A stretch of DNA of 64,000 nt from positions 724,412 through 788,411 of the forward strand of contig NMRA01000095.1 in the NCBI GenBank assembly GCA_002633005.1. Direction: 5' to 3'. This DNA comes from Phoronis australis. Its lineage: Eukaryota; Animalia; Phoronida. The position numbers and the translations under genes are program-made. This document shows, one piece after another, positions 48,508 to 63,500 of the stretch. The notes under the pieces are model-generated. The model worked only from the letters and a program-made list of their open reading frames with translations. It did not search any database and was not told where the DNA came from. The number at the start of each line of letters is the position of its first letter. Positions within the stretch are counted from its first letter, which is position 1.

Positions 48508-51500
48508 GTGAGAATTAGTGTTTCCACTTTGTTATTTCAACTTTTAACATAGTTCAAAGTCCGATTCCAAGCAGTGGTGAGCTCAATGGCGTCCTCAGCT
48601 TCTGGTCGTCCCCAATACAGCACTGGTCGGATATAGCGGTCCCTGATTTTGAGAACCATTTTTATCCTTTGAATAACGGGCCGTTATTCAGTGATTGCCT
48701 GGTTCTCAGAATCAGGGACCGCTATATCCGACCAGTTATTTGGAGTTTTCACCTCATCAAAAATACCTTCCACACTCAAAACTATCTGAAATCTCATAAA
48801 AATGAGCTTACTTTCTTCGGTGATCCTTTCTGATATATAGTCTCAGGTCTCACTTGTCGCAATCTGATTTAAAAAAGTAAAACAATGAATGAGGCGACTT
48901 GATCATGAATAATGTTGAAATCAGTTAACTGATTCACCGGTACTAACTGATTAGGTAGTAGGATTTTGCCGAACAAGGGCCCGTCATTTTGTCATTATGA
49001 TAGTGGATGTAGCTAGGTTTCAAAACCTGGATCCTCTGCACTAACTTTAAATATTCATTCACAAACATCCTTTTATAGAATGCGAATAACGAAATTTGAA
49101 GCAGATAATAACAAAGTTCTCATTAAAAAATCATGGATTTATACAGCATTCGACAAGGGCTAAAGTTTCTGCTCGATAATTACGAGTGATGGCTTATTTG
49201 CATTTGTAATTCCCCTGCCAGTGACCTCGTAAATAGTGGTGACCAAAAATTAAATAGATAAAAAACCTGCGGAAGTCGTTGCTGAGCACCTGTCGATCAA
49301 TTTTCCACACTTGTATTTTTACTTTTTCTTCTTGTGTTCTCAAGTGTTTACTCACTTATGTCTAGCCCTGTAATGGAGCTGATGGTTGAGTCAAATGTGT
49401 TTTTTTGCACTTCTCTCTGCGATGGGCACTAGAGTAAAATCCAAGACATAATATTTTTGTGAGATGGAATGTGTTCTAGCCAGCCACTGAGCTAGCTGCA
49501 TGAAGGTTATCGTCAAATACAGCTATGGTGCCACTGTGTTTTCAGTACTGACAGACCTTGAAATTGCACACAGCCCGGGTAGTTTTGCTTGTGACCTTGC
49601 CATGAAATTCGTAACAAAATGTAGAGTTAAAGACCATCAGAGATTTATGCAAAATCTGTTGTCAATTGACACTCACCTTGCTCGGTGGAGCCGTTTAATT
49701 GAAAAACAATCAAATAAACGTCATTTTCTTACGTAATTCTCTTCCTTTCGTTACAAANTGGCAAATTATTCATCATAAAAAGTTCTTTAAAATGATGTAT
49801 TACATGTCTATTTACGTTTCTTAGTTTTGAAATAATAATATTTTGAACTCGCAGATTCGATTTGACAGAATTTTTACCAAAAATTTTGACACGAAAATGA
49901 CATTTTCTCTGGAACCATAAGTCCAATTTAAAAAATTTTACTATCGTTATTTTAGTCTCGAAAAGAGCTTTCTAATGATGTATATTACATGCACATTTTC
50001 TAAAATTTTTGAAAAATGCTGTCCTCCCTACTCAATGGCGTCCTCAGCTTCTGGTCGTCCCCAATACAGCACTGGTCGGATATAGCGGTCCCTGATTTTG
50101 AGAACCATTTTTATCCTTTGAATAACGGGCCGTTATTCAGTGATTGCCTGGTTCTCAGAATCAGGGACCGCTATATCCGACCAGTTATTTGGAGTTTTCA
50201 CCTCATCAAAAATACCTTCCACACTCAAAACTATCTGAAATCTCATAAAAATGAGCTTACTTTCTTCGGTGATCCTTTCTGATATATAGTCTCAGGTCTC
50301 ACTTGTCGCAATCTGATTTAAAAAAGTAAAACAATGAATGAGGCGACTTGATCATGAATAATGTTGAAATCAGTTAACTGATTCACCGGTACTAACTGAT
50401 TAGGTAGTAGGATTTTGCCGAACAAGGGCCCGTCATTTTGTCATTATGATAGTGGATGTAGCTAGGTTTCAAAACCTGGATCCTCTGCACTAACTTTAAA
50501 TATTCATTCACAAACATCCTTTTATAGAATGCGAATAACGAAATTTGAAGCAGATAATAACAAAGTTCTCATTAAAAAATCATGGATTTATACAGCATTC
50601 GACAAGGGCTAAAGTTTCTGCTCGATAATTACGAGTGATGGCTTATTTGCATTTGTAATTCCCCTGCCAGTGACCTCGTAAATAGTGGTGACCAAAAATT
50701 AAATAGATAAAAAACCTGCGGAAGTCGTTGCTGAGCACCTGTCGATCAATTTTCCACACTTGTATTTTTACTTTTTCTTCTTGTGTTCTCAAGTGTTTAC
50801 TCACTTATGTCTAGCCCTGTAATGGAGCTGATGGTTGAGTCAAATGTGTTTTTTTGCACTTCTCTCTGCGATGGGCACTAGAGTAAAATCCAAGACATAA
50901 TATTTTTGTGAGATGGAATGTGTTCTAGCCAGCCACTGAGCTAGCTGCATGAAGGTTATCGTCAAATACAGCTATGGTGCCACTGTGTTTTCAGTACTGA
51001 CAGACCTTGAAATTGCACACAGCCCGGGTAGTTTTGCTTGTGACCTTGCCATGAAATTCGTAACAAAATGTAGAGTTAAAGACCATCAGAGATTTATGCA
51101 AAATCTGTTGTCAATTGACACTCACCTTGCTCGGTGGAGCCGTTTAATTGAAAAACAATCAAATAAACGTCATTTTCTTACGTAATTCTCTTCCTTTCGT
51201 TACAAATAAAAGTCTGTAGTTGTTTTGAAAATGGTACGCTTGTGACATGGACATGCGCCATTTCCTAAATTTTTGCAACATCTGTAACTTAGAGTTTTTT
51301 GTAATTATTGGACTCACGATAACCCATTTTCTCATTTACTAGAACATGTGTCTAAGAATCGGAAGAATACGTGAAGGGGTTTAGTGGTTGAAAAGCGGTT
51401 GGTTAAAATTTATTTTATTAACATGAAATTTGAATTAGTGCTGTGCAAATTTTTATCAACATGAACGCAATTATGTGAATGAACTTTTCAAGTTTCCTGT

Positions 51501-54500
51501 CGTATTTCAAGTTAACTCATGCGGGATCTTGAGATTGAGCAGGATTCCAAGTTCATGAACAACATGTCTGCTATGGGAAACATGCAAGGACTAATCAAGC
51601 ACAAAATATATGCTTTGGCCTCTTGATGCTGGGACTGTGAGGAGCGATGGTGAGTGGGCAGGTGTGGAATTAGGGATGACTGTTGATGGTGACTGGGGGA
51701 TGCACTAGTACTTTCCCCTCAGCTAAATGAGAGCCCTGGTTGTGAACTTATATTGGAGGATTACCAACCTGCCGCCTATGGTAATAGTCTGTTTTTTGGT
51801 TTTCTCGTCTCCTATTTTTCCAGTGGTTTTAATCTTGTCCCTGACACTTAATTATGCTTCTGCATATTTGCCAAGCAAGTTCAGTTCCTATAATCTGATG
51901 ACTGAAGCTCATTAGTTTAAAAGCATCCTTGTTGTACATCGATTGAGTTCCTCTACTGTGCATGACCTTTATCGCAAGATTGCATGTGGGTGAACTTGGA
52001 ATTAAGTACTCATTAAAGTAGTCATTAATGTAAAACTTTTGTACATTGTAAATAATTTTTATAATTATTGGTCCCAAAGTCACCCATTTTTTCCTTTACT
52101 GGAAGAGTGTCACAGAATCATTGTAGCAATATGGGGATGGTTAATCAATTATTGTTCGGTGAAAAAGACCATCAATAGTTGAGAAAAAAAAACAAAAAAC
52201 AAAAAAGGTTGGTTAAAATTTACATTATTTTATTGAAATATGATTTGCTTTAATGTAGTGCAATTTCACGCATACGTGGTTTTGAGATTACGCAGAATTC
52301 TGAGTTCAAGCGCAACATCTCTACTGCTGATGACCACAGTTAGGGTATGAGATCTTGCTTTTATTTGTGGCACTGTGTTTGCGGTGCCTAAAGTTCCCAA
52401 CTTTGACTTCTTTACATTGATGTTACACAGTGGACAATTTTCTAAGTGAAAGTGACTAATTTAATTTTCATTGCAAACATTGCATTTGGTTAGTGTGTAG
52501 GCTGGGACGTCAGTATAGGTGATTAAGGCAATGCATCAACTGAAATAATGATCGAGTGTTCTTGTTACGCAGAGCCTTATTGATAAGTCTTGGTATTTAA
52601 CCAAATATCCACAAAAATATACACTTTAACTCATCTTTTCTGAAAGTAGAAAGTCTAGAATTGTATTTTCGACATTTTGACCTTCTGTCATTAATTAGGT
52701 CAAGTGACCATGCACTTTTAGTTAAATTTAGCAAAAAAATAATGCAATATATCAATATCTCAACTAAATGCTCAGGATGTAGGCTCAAAAAACGACATTT
52801 TGAGTTATTTTGTTTTTGTTTCATGCAACGTTAAACTTATGAAAGAGGTATAAGTCCTATTCTTTGATAGCTTCTTATACAAAACAGGAGCATTTTAAAT
52901 ACAATTTGTAACAACATTTTGTAGACACGTAACTTGAGCATAGTATCTGTAAGTTTCATATGATACTCATCAGCCATTTTTGAGATATGATGTCCTGATA
53001 TTACTTATCAGCCATATTTGGACAATTTTCTTCATAACCTTACAATTTTGGACAGCACATGTTCAGTGTTCCTGGTTTCGTCGGCCTATGAAAGATGTAA
53101 AGAAACTGAAAATCTCTTCATAAATTTTATAGCATTAATTCTTTTTGTTTACAGTTTATGGGGAGCTGTCCATGTGATGTTTTTCAATATCTGTATATTC
53201 CTGCTGGTGATCTCGCACCTACGTGCGGTGCTCTCAGACCCTGGCATCGTTCCACTACCACAAAAGAGTATTGATTTCTCTGACCTTCACTCGGGGTCAA
53301 AAGTCATCGATAAGGTATGGAGACATGTGTTGGTTTGTGTTCTGAAGTTACCATTTTAGCATTTCGGTTTTAGACTATAGTTCCTTACTGGATACTCAGT
53401 TCTGTTTTTTTGGATTGAGGTGTTGGTCTTGTAATTAAGAATTGACATTGCATCAAACACTTTGTACTAACTAGCAAATTACCTATTTTTGTCAGGGATA
53501 TTCCTGACCATGTTGGAACCTGTACCCTTTGGGCACTCCGGATGATAAAAAGTGTGCCTTTTTTTCAAAAAGTTGTGCCCTGTAGACTTATTGTAATTAA
53601 ATCGGTAGCTAATGAAACAGAAATCCCAAGGGGAAATCGAAATAAGAAACAGAATCATGTTTCACACGAGTGGCTGTAACTTGACTAGAATCTTGCATTT
53701 TTGAAAGTGCTGCTTTTTAGGACATGTGCCGGGGGGGGGGGGGGGGNAATGTACTTGCGCCTTCTTATTTTTGATGCACTATTGGCACAGAGGCGCAGTC
53801 CAGGAATATCCCTGTTGTATACGATGCACAACCACCGAGGAGCGAAACCTGAAACATGGTCTCAGCTTCTCTCAGTAATTATACATAATTCACCATGGAT
53901 GAACAGAATCACTTGACTAATGTGTACAGGTGCACCTGGCTCTTACTCATAACTTGTGCATTCCTTGCATTGTAATTCTCAGTTGAAGTCTCGTATTTGT
54001 AAAATATACCAACGTGGAAATTACTGTAAAAATTCAACAATTTGGGACAAATATAATTGCTAAAAGTGCCATATTTCTATTTCTATTTTCAGAGGCTTAC
54101 CAAATTGTTTTAAATGGTCAAAATTTGAGGAGGTGTTATTTGATAATAGTTACGTCATAAAAGCCATGCTGAAAGAAAAGAAAATTTTCTTGAAGTTATT
54201 TTTGTTGAGAAATTTGACAAAATGAAATTTCACCTTCTGCCATAGGGTGTCCCAAACTAAAGATTTTTTATTGTAAAAAGTTGTTAAGCTTTTTGTTATT
54301 TTCTCATTACTTCTTGTTTTGGTTGTGTTTAGCTCGATTGTTTTCAAGAGAAATTCACACTCCAGCATTCTTCGTAGATCCTGACCAGCTCTCTGTCCAC
54401 AGCGCTTGTGTGTTAGGGCTCTTCAAGAGGTTCCTTGGCAATGAGTTAGCAAAAGTGTGACTTTTTGAAGAGTTATTTGACGGAAAAAGAACCCCAGCTT

Positions 54501-57500
54501 GTGTTTTTACTAAAAAAAGTGACCCTGTTGACAGGCACATCCATGTTTATGTAGCAACTATGAGTACTTATGAATTGTGGGTCATCAGATAGATCACTGG
54601 CCAACTGGTTAGTTTTACAAACCACAGTCTGTAGTTCAAAACCTCAATCATTAAACCTTACTGCAAATCCCCCATTCATTACACAGACTGGTGGCCTACT
54701 GGCTTGGGTCCAGGACTTTACAATAATTGTGAACTCTTCAGCTGCCTTGAACAAGATGAATACTAGTGAAAAATCTGACCTATTTTGGACACAATATGGA
54801 AAAGTGACATTTTGCATGGTTTTCTCTTTTTTTCTAGAAAAGATTTGTAGCACAAAATTAATACTTTTCCATGTCTAAGTTCTGCACCATGTTGTATGTA
54901 CCACCAGGCAGTATTTTAAAAGATGTGAGCGTTTACAACAATGTTCATAAAAATGAAAAAAGGCATTTTGGCAATTATTTTGTCTAAACTTGACAAGATT
55001 TACCGTAATACACATTTTTGTAGGCCTGGGTGAAAAAGGTGCAATTCACACTGTTCCGTGAGATTATGTATAATTCTAATACACCCTGTATCACGTACTA
55101 TGGTCTTGATATTGAAGCATTCTCATTTCTCACACTCTTTTCACTTGGTCTGCAACATTGCCCATCAATTTACAAATAACAGGATGTTTTAGATAGTTGT
55201 TCGTTATTGATCACACTGCTATAACACACACACAAGTGAATATTTACGCATGCACATGGACAGTCTGTGTTATTACTGTTTAAAGATGAGACACTGCTCA
55301 CCAGCAATAACATACACTTGTGCTTGTGATATTTTGAATTTTAGTTTCACTGTATTTTTTGTTATTGCGAGAACTGTTATGGGGTGGTCTTAAATGAAAG
55401 TGTTTTCAGAAGATACTTTGCTCCTGGTACTTGCATTGTATAATTTTTATTAGCTAAAGCATCTGCCTGATCCATCGTTATAATAGACGATCAAATGACG
55501 ATACATTGCTTGATAAAAAAGCCTGTTTATTGGATATTTATGTATACTCCGTACTTTATAGTTTTGATTCACTTGTTTGTCATTTTGTGCGTGGGACCAA
55601 TCTTTTACACAGTTGATTACATAATAAACGTTGTTATGGTAAAACCATGTTAATTTCGGACTAAAATAATTGGCAAAATTGACCCTTTTTCACTTTTCAA
55701 TGAATTCTAACACTATAGAATTTTGAAATGATAAAATATTTATTTGATTCTATGTATCTTTTATGAAAAAAAATTAGAGAAACAAAATTTCATTTCTCTA
55801 CCACAACATCATGAACAGTACATTTGATGATTAACCTATAAACCACCAGGTGTGCTCAAAACAGTCTTTAGCAGTATCTCGTAATAATTCCTAATTGTGA
55901 GTCATTACCCATCCAGTACACATACGTTCGCATGTAGACCGGTAATTTTGCTCGAACTTTCTAATTACAATTAAGGTTCATTAGGCACTTGATGTTACTT
56001 TGCAGGATGGCAATAATTGGAGCGTATGCATGAAGTGTGAGACATACAGACCCCCAAGGGCGCATCACTGTCGGATATGTCGCAGGTGTATTCGTAGGAT
56101 GGATCACCATTGTCCTTGGTAACTCTACTTGTTTATTGCTATATTAGTAGTACCATCATTATCATCATCATAATCATCTTTGTCACCATCATCATCATCA
56201 TCACCGTCATCATCATCACCACCATCACCATCATCATCACCATCACCATCATCACCATCATCATCACCATCATCATCACCATCATCATCATCATCATCAC
56301 CATCATCATCACCATCACCATCATCATCATCACCATCATCATCGCCATCACCATCATCATCACCATCATCATCGCCATCACCATCATCATCATCACCGTC
56401 ATCATCACCATCACCATCATCATCATCATTGCTATATTAGTAGTACCATCATTATCATCATCATGATCACCACCATCATCATCATCATCATCATCATCAT
56501 AATCGTCTTTGTCACCGTCATCATTATTTTAACTACTGTTAACAACTTTTGATTTTAGGCACTTGCTGTTACAAAAGCGGTCTGAACTTGTTCATTTATT
56601 TTGTGAAACTAGAAACAAGACAAAAGTAATCGATCAAAATACCGTTTTCCCGTCACGACGGTTAAATCTATTAACAGCAAAAATTGCTAGTAGTAACTGT
56701 TAAAGTGGCTAAATTGTAATTACAGAATGGCTTAATCACCTTTCTAATTTTCCTGTAACTTCCCTTCGGTCTTGGTCACGAGGGAAGACTATTCTGACGA
56801 TGAATTCAGCTTCCGCTCAGTCGTCATGATATAGGAACTGCAGGTCATTTTGCCTTTGACTTGTGCTATAAGATGAGATTTCAGGGCTTTTAAAGAACCA
56901 AATTGAATGTTATTGCTTTAAATCAGGCTTGTAGTTGATTTATCACGATGAGTCATTTTATGCACTGGGTATAACCTTAAGTATTACCTGTCTGTTAGTT
57001 CTTTCACAGCTCTGAATTCCTTCCTAATCTTTAAGTAAAGAGCAAATTGAGACTTTTTGTAGAAAAAATGGTGTGAATTAAAAGTTATTTTCCGTTACTA
57101 CTGAAGACGTGTTCATACTAGCTTGAATACCAATATTGTTGTTATAATTATTATTATTATTACTTTAATGGTGTTATTCTTGTTATATTTAAAATGAAAG
57201 TGCCCTTGAAGTTTTCCGAGTGATTGGTTAAATTTTAAATCGAGACTGAAATAATATTGTATTGTATTTCAGGGCCCTCGTTCACCCTAGACAGAAGGTG
57301 CCTGTGCCTTCTGATATGGGAATTTTTGGTTGAGGGGAAAATCCCCCCCCTCCAGTCACCTTCCCTCATCGGCAATATCACAAGTATACAAAACTAGCAT
57401 TTTGCAGAATTGTAACCTTGAGGAGAATTTTTGAATCATTGGAGGACTTCTGGGACCTGATGAGAAAATTTTGCGTGATTTTAAAATATATTTCATAAGA

Positions 57501-60500
57501 GAATGATGCTAATATTCAGCCCCAAAAGCGAGGCACCGAGAGCCCCATATCTGGACCATTGCACTTTTCTAGTTGTCGGATTAGGAGATTAACACACTTT
57601 GCCATTTTGCTGTTTAGACCTTGATGAGTATTGCATGTTCGCTTCTGTGAGAGTATTCTGTAGACTGTATGTCTCCGGTAGTGATGCGGTCTAAATGTAA
57701 TAATGTGGTCGCCATTAGTGTAATTGTGGCTGTTAACACTTAACATTATTGGTGTACAGGTGTTATGATGGTTGTTGTTGGGAATATGGGGGATGTATTT
57801 TAATGATTGCCTGTAAAACGATATCGTGTTGTTTTCCAGGATCAACAACTGTGTCGGAGAATATAATCAAAAGTTTTTCTTGCAATTTTTATTTTACGTA
57901 GGTGAGTAATCTTTTACTAACAGTTTTATAGTTAATCCCATGTTGGTTGTCAGTGGATTGTCCACTTATTGTCCACTTATTTATTACTCTTTTTGCAACT
58001 TCCACATCCCAAATTCAGCTCACCTCTGTCGCGGAGGTAGAAAAAGGCAGTGAAGGGTTAACCTAAATTTCGAAATATAGGGCCACTAACACAATTCTGA
58101 GCGGAAGAACGATTTATCTCTTCTTATCCTGGTTTTCAATTTTTTTCATGTCTGTATCACAACTGACTATGCAACAGTGAAGCATCAGAATGACAAATGG
58201 CAAGTTAAAGCAACACAGTGATTAGCAGGGCGGCAGTGCACAACTGCAGTCTGCACAGGATTGTGGGAAATTATCGCAGAAACAGAAATGTTACTGCGGT
58301 ATTCTGGGATGTGGCTGTTGCAGGTGATGATTCATAATTGACATATCGCAAGCTCCTCCCCTTGCGAAATGTCAACAAACAAACAGTAAGTTTTACCCGG
58401 CAACGTGTTGTTTGTCGGGTAAAATGGCAGCTTGGAAACAAAGGTGTGTCAAGAATGCTGCGTTCTGATTGGTCAGTTAAGCCGTCCTGGCGATAGGTCA
58501 GTGTACAGGGTTTATGCTCGGGAGAGGTCATTAATGGTCAGAGGATGCCTTTAACATTTGTAATGGAAAATATCTGTAAGAGTAGGTTTTGTTCCTGTTT
58601 GAAAATGTTGATAGTTATGGATGTTTCCAATAACATTAAATGTTCATCATTAGTCCCAGTGGTCTGTTTGATGAGAAATGACTTGATACATAAAAGTCAG
58701 AATTTGATCTGACTCTCCACACTGCAATTTCGGAAACTTGAACAAAAGTGCAAAGTCTTTGAGAATATACAAACATACAAACATGCCAGTTTCTCAGATA
58801 ATTTCTATTAATTATTTTTAGTCTGTGATGCTCTCATGATTATTCGGCTGAATCTTTTTTCAGGAATTGTTAACTGGGAGCATAAGGCAAAATGTCTGTG
58901 TTAAGTCTTAAGTCACGTTCATGGGTCAGATCCTTGTGCCTGGTTGCATGAAACAGTCCCTAATTAGGGACTTAACCAAGTTCCCAAACTAGTTAGGGAA
59001 GTCCCTATAAGGATTTTGTTTATGGACTGTTGCATGAAGAGGTCCTTATTGGTAGTGCCCTAAATCCGAAGTAAGTTCCCAAAACCGTGGCTAAGGTCGC
59101 TTAATATGGCAAAAATTACTATCAACGAGAGAATACCTGTCACATTTACATCCTCTGTTCCACCTTTTGAATGATTGTATGAATAGAGTGCACAGTCAAT
59201 TTGTATTATCTGGAAATTCAAGTTTTCTACTGCTGTTGATAGAGCAGACGATCGATTGTGGCCGCCCACGCTAATGTAAATTAAAAAACAGCGAACTGGT
59301 GTGAATACCAGAATCTCCGGTAGGAGTCGCCGTACTTCCTTACGTGCTGTTAAAGTCGTCTGCCCCGCGTATTAAGTGAGACGTGGGGGGAAGTCGTGGC
59401 ACTATAGTAATCGATAAATTCAGTTTACGCTGGAACTACTCCCTCAGTGGGTGAAATCACGCCTTTCCTGTTCGACAGCTCCAACTTCTCTTCAAGCTCT
59501 CTAACTATCATGAATTTCCCATCCCTTAAAATTCTAAATCTTTCGTTTAGCTCACTGTCACTATACGTCTCGAGCAGGTTAGTTTTGTAACGGAAAATTC
59601 TTTTTTCAACAACAATATGAGCTTGATCAGCCATTTTATTGTTAGGGACTCAACTTAGGGTCTTACTTTAGGTAACCCCAAAAGTTGAGTCTCTATTTAA
59701 TGCCTAAACTAACTGGGAACTTTCCATGCAACAGTCCATAAAATTTAGGGACGTCCCTAAGACTTAAGGACATCCCTAACATTTAGGGACTGTTTCATGC
59801 AACCAGGCACTGGATACTGTAACACAGGGGGATTTGGGAATAAGAATTAAAGCAGTTTCAAACTGGAGCCATGGTTTGAACCATCCTTTACTTTTGTCAA
59901 TAGCTCATAGTGTCCAGACTGCAGATATCTTCATGTGAATCAAAGCGGTTTCAAATCAGTTGTATGATTTTGCAACATCCAGCTCTAAATATGTGATCAG
60001 TCAGTCATGCTGTTCAGGTCACACATCACTTCAATGTGGTTTGTGTTGTCAGCTTTGTGGGTTACATTTCACAATTAGTAGGCTAAGGGATATCAGTGGG
60101 CTAATCAAATTATTCTAAACAACTATTGTAGAATACTAACAACAAAGATTGTTGCATGACATTAAAATAGTTGTCCAACGATGGCAGCTTGTTACGCAAT
60201 TGTGTGATGGCGTTGTTATTAAGCTGTGTATAACTGTCATCAAACTGAGTCTAGTTTAAATTCAGGCTCTCCCCATTTAAAATTCAAATTTATTTCCCTT
60301 ATAGAAAATTGTGTGTTACCGCGTTGTCTTTCAGCAGAAATTTCTAATCTAAATAAATGCATCATTGCCACATTTTCTTTAACTATTTATAGCTGCATGA
60401 GTCAGTGGTGGCTCTAGGCTATGGCAAAGGGGGCCCAACCCCTAAAACGCTTACAGTGTTTTTGATTGTGCCCATATGGGTAGACAGGGGGTCCCTAAAA

Positions 60501-63500
60501 CTGCCCATGGCTGTGCAATTTTATCCTATTTAACCCTAATTGTACCTCATGTTAGAACAGTTTTCATATGTGATAATTATTTTCTTCTAAATGATTGTCT
60601 TTTTGTTTTCTAGGTATAGCCAGTGTCTATGCGGTCTCGTTGGTTGTTGCATCATGGGTAACAGATCCTGAAGGCAAATCAGCAGTGTCCAAGCAGTCTC
60701 GAATGTAGGAAATGTTGTTGCATAATCTTGTTCATCCTTTCCGCATTGATTTGAAATTAAAAATATGTTAATTTACTCGTACTATCAAACTGGAATTTCT
60801 CAGTTTCAACTTTCAGTTGGAATTGAGTGATAATCTAAGACTGAATATCCATATCCCAAATTTAATTCAATCTTTTGCCAAGGTAGAAAAGCACATAGTG
60901 TGATTGACAATCTCCTTGAAAAATCTCTGAATTTTTAGAAAAAAAGAGTGGTGAAGGTGTGGCAGATACGTGGTCAATATTTTTGTGTGCATAAAGCGTT
61001 TCTGTAATCTTCAAGAATATGAAAAATATTTGGTTGACAATTTGATTTTGATTACTTAAAACTAGTGTCAAGTTGTTCCGTACTCAGATCATGGGTGATT
61101 CCTGGACTTGGAAGAGCTGAGAGATTGTTATTGGTTGAGATGAGGCTCAATGAGTTGGCTGGCCATGGCAGGTCAGTTTATGTGCTGAGCGTGGTCTCAA
61201 GCACTGAGCCCTCTCAATTGTCAGTTTGTCTCCGGCATGAGTCCCAGATAATATTCCCCATTTGAGCAACGAACAAATTGTTACCGGTTCTATGGCAGTA
61301 AGCGTTCTTCATGAAATCGTAGTTTCTGTGAGTACCAAAAGTGGGTTTATAAGCAGTTTAAAAGAAATTTGAAGAAATGCAACTCTTGGAAAAAAGGTAT
61401 ACAATTGCCCTCAGTACACCAGGGCCCGGTCTCTAATCTTTGTACTCGAAACGAACTCGAAACTATTTTTGGCAATTTCTCTGCTCCTTTTGTGCGAACT
61501 TAAGATAATTGGTTATCAGACTGTGCTCGAATACATTATAGTTTATGCATAGGAGTTTCTAGTTCAAGTTTGTCCTTGAAGACCCTTATATTCGTGCTAC
61601 GAACTCGAGTAAAAACTCGAAATTTCGAGTTCAAACTCGAACTTATTGCTTTAATATTGGGTTTACAAACTGTGAACTAAGGGCAATAAATTATCTACGT
61701 AAGTTATTGTGTACTCGAGCATAGAATAATAGACACTTATCTTGATTTCACCCAAAAGTAGAGTAGAAAATGCCAAACCTAATTTGGAGTTCCATTTTGA
61801 GTAAAAAGATTGGAGACCGGGCCCAGATATGTGGGTCTTACAATGAGCACCCTATATCGCAGACTTAGTATGCACTTTGCACAGAGTCTTCGTTCTAACG
61901 TCACAAGAACACTTTCCCTAGACTCATGGGACACCTGGTCAAACCTAGTCTTTCGTTTCAGCTTACACACCATAATCTTAATAGTGGAGTGTCTCATGTT
62001 TGCGCTGTTTGTCATCGCTATTGGTTGTGATCAGGTAAGTGAGCCGAGTTGTTCTCTATCCATTGTTGCGCACTTTAATCAAACAAAGAATTTAACTTAA
62101 TGTAACCCAACGCATGAGCCCACTGACAAAGTTGTAAGTTTTTAACTGAGGGACTGGTCCAGTGTGATGGGTCGTCTAAGCCAAGAAGCGTAGCAATGAA
62201 TGGGGGGAATGGATTGTTGTTTGCTAAGGACGTGGTGCCCCCTTGTGTTCCATTCCTGTGTAGGTCTGTGCCAGTGCATGTTACGTTAACCATTGGTTTA
62301 AAAAAACTCCGGACATGCGATTCACTACTTAACGTTACACAATATGGCCAGCTAGTGAAACTGTTTATAGTCAAAGTTTTTCTGAAATATGAAAATTGAG
62401 AAAATTTTGGTCTTACTGCTAGCATAGTTTACGAAGTGTGGGTGTTATAAAACGGCTTATGGCAGTTTCCATTATTAGCAGTAACCAAGCCTTTGAATTT
62501 CACAAAATGACAATTTATACTTTGTTGATGGCATAAACTATCATCTGGTAAAGTTTCAACTATTTGCAGCCAAGTTATCAGCGTTTGAAAAATGGAAAAT
62601 TTTTATTGAAAATGGAAAATTTTGGCAATTATTAATAAGTGTCGAATTACCGTACATGAGATTTCTGTTGGAGTTGCTTTTGTTGCATGATTTAATTGAT
62701 TGTTTACAGCTTTCTGCAATATTAAATGATGCTACGTTAGTTGAGCAAGTGAAAAAAGAAGCTCCACAGAGACAACCGAAGTCAAATATGTCGCTGTTGG
62801 CTGAAATATTTGGACGAGGTCAGTTCCTTGTGATAGTAAAGGCTGCGTGTGAATTGGTAGTAATATAACGCGCTCTGCTGGTTGTTTTGGGAGAGTTTGT
62901 GGAAGTACTGTCTAGTGAATAGCCACATTCCAACATCTGCACTCTTCAAAAAAACATTGTAATTACCCACAGTGCTTCACTTCCTGAGGGAAGTTGAGCC
63001 TTGTTTTCAGGTGTCACATGTATGTTGCATACCGTTTTTTTAAATAATAATATTTTCACACTTTCAAACATGTGAGAGTAACATTTGTCTGTGGCAATAT
63101 TAGTGTTAAATATTTAAAAAGAACAGCTGCAATAACACAGAAATTTGTTGAATTTTTTGTTGTGGTCATTCTGTGCTGCTGTACTATGGCTTACAATGCA
63201 GACATTAGAAAATTGACAGAGTTAAGTTCCATGCATGCACGTCATGATATTTGTTACTTTTTCATCTCTGCGAAATGTGTCTGCTGTTGAGTGCAATGCA
63301 GGTATTGTCCAGTGCCCATTTTGTAAATGCATTGTCTAGAAAATCATATTAGTTTTTGTCTTAAAGTTCAGATTTTGCAAATGTGTGCTAAAATAGAAGA
63401 AGAATATAATCAGAAAATGTCCATTTGAATCAGCACATGTAATGATGTTTGTGTAGACATGCGTTCATTCCTTTCTCTCCCCGTTCCAGGTCACCCAGCC

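Noticed and set aside
49500-51185. Two identical 78-aa ORFs as a duplicated small gene
   Set aside because: Both lie in an identical duplication that ends at an N join, with no protein-like features.
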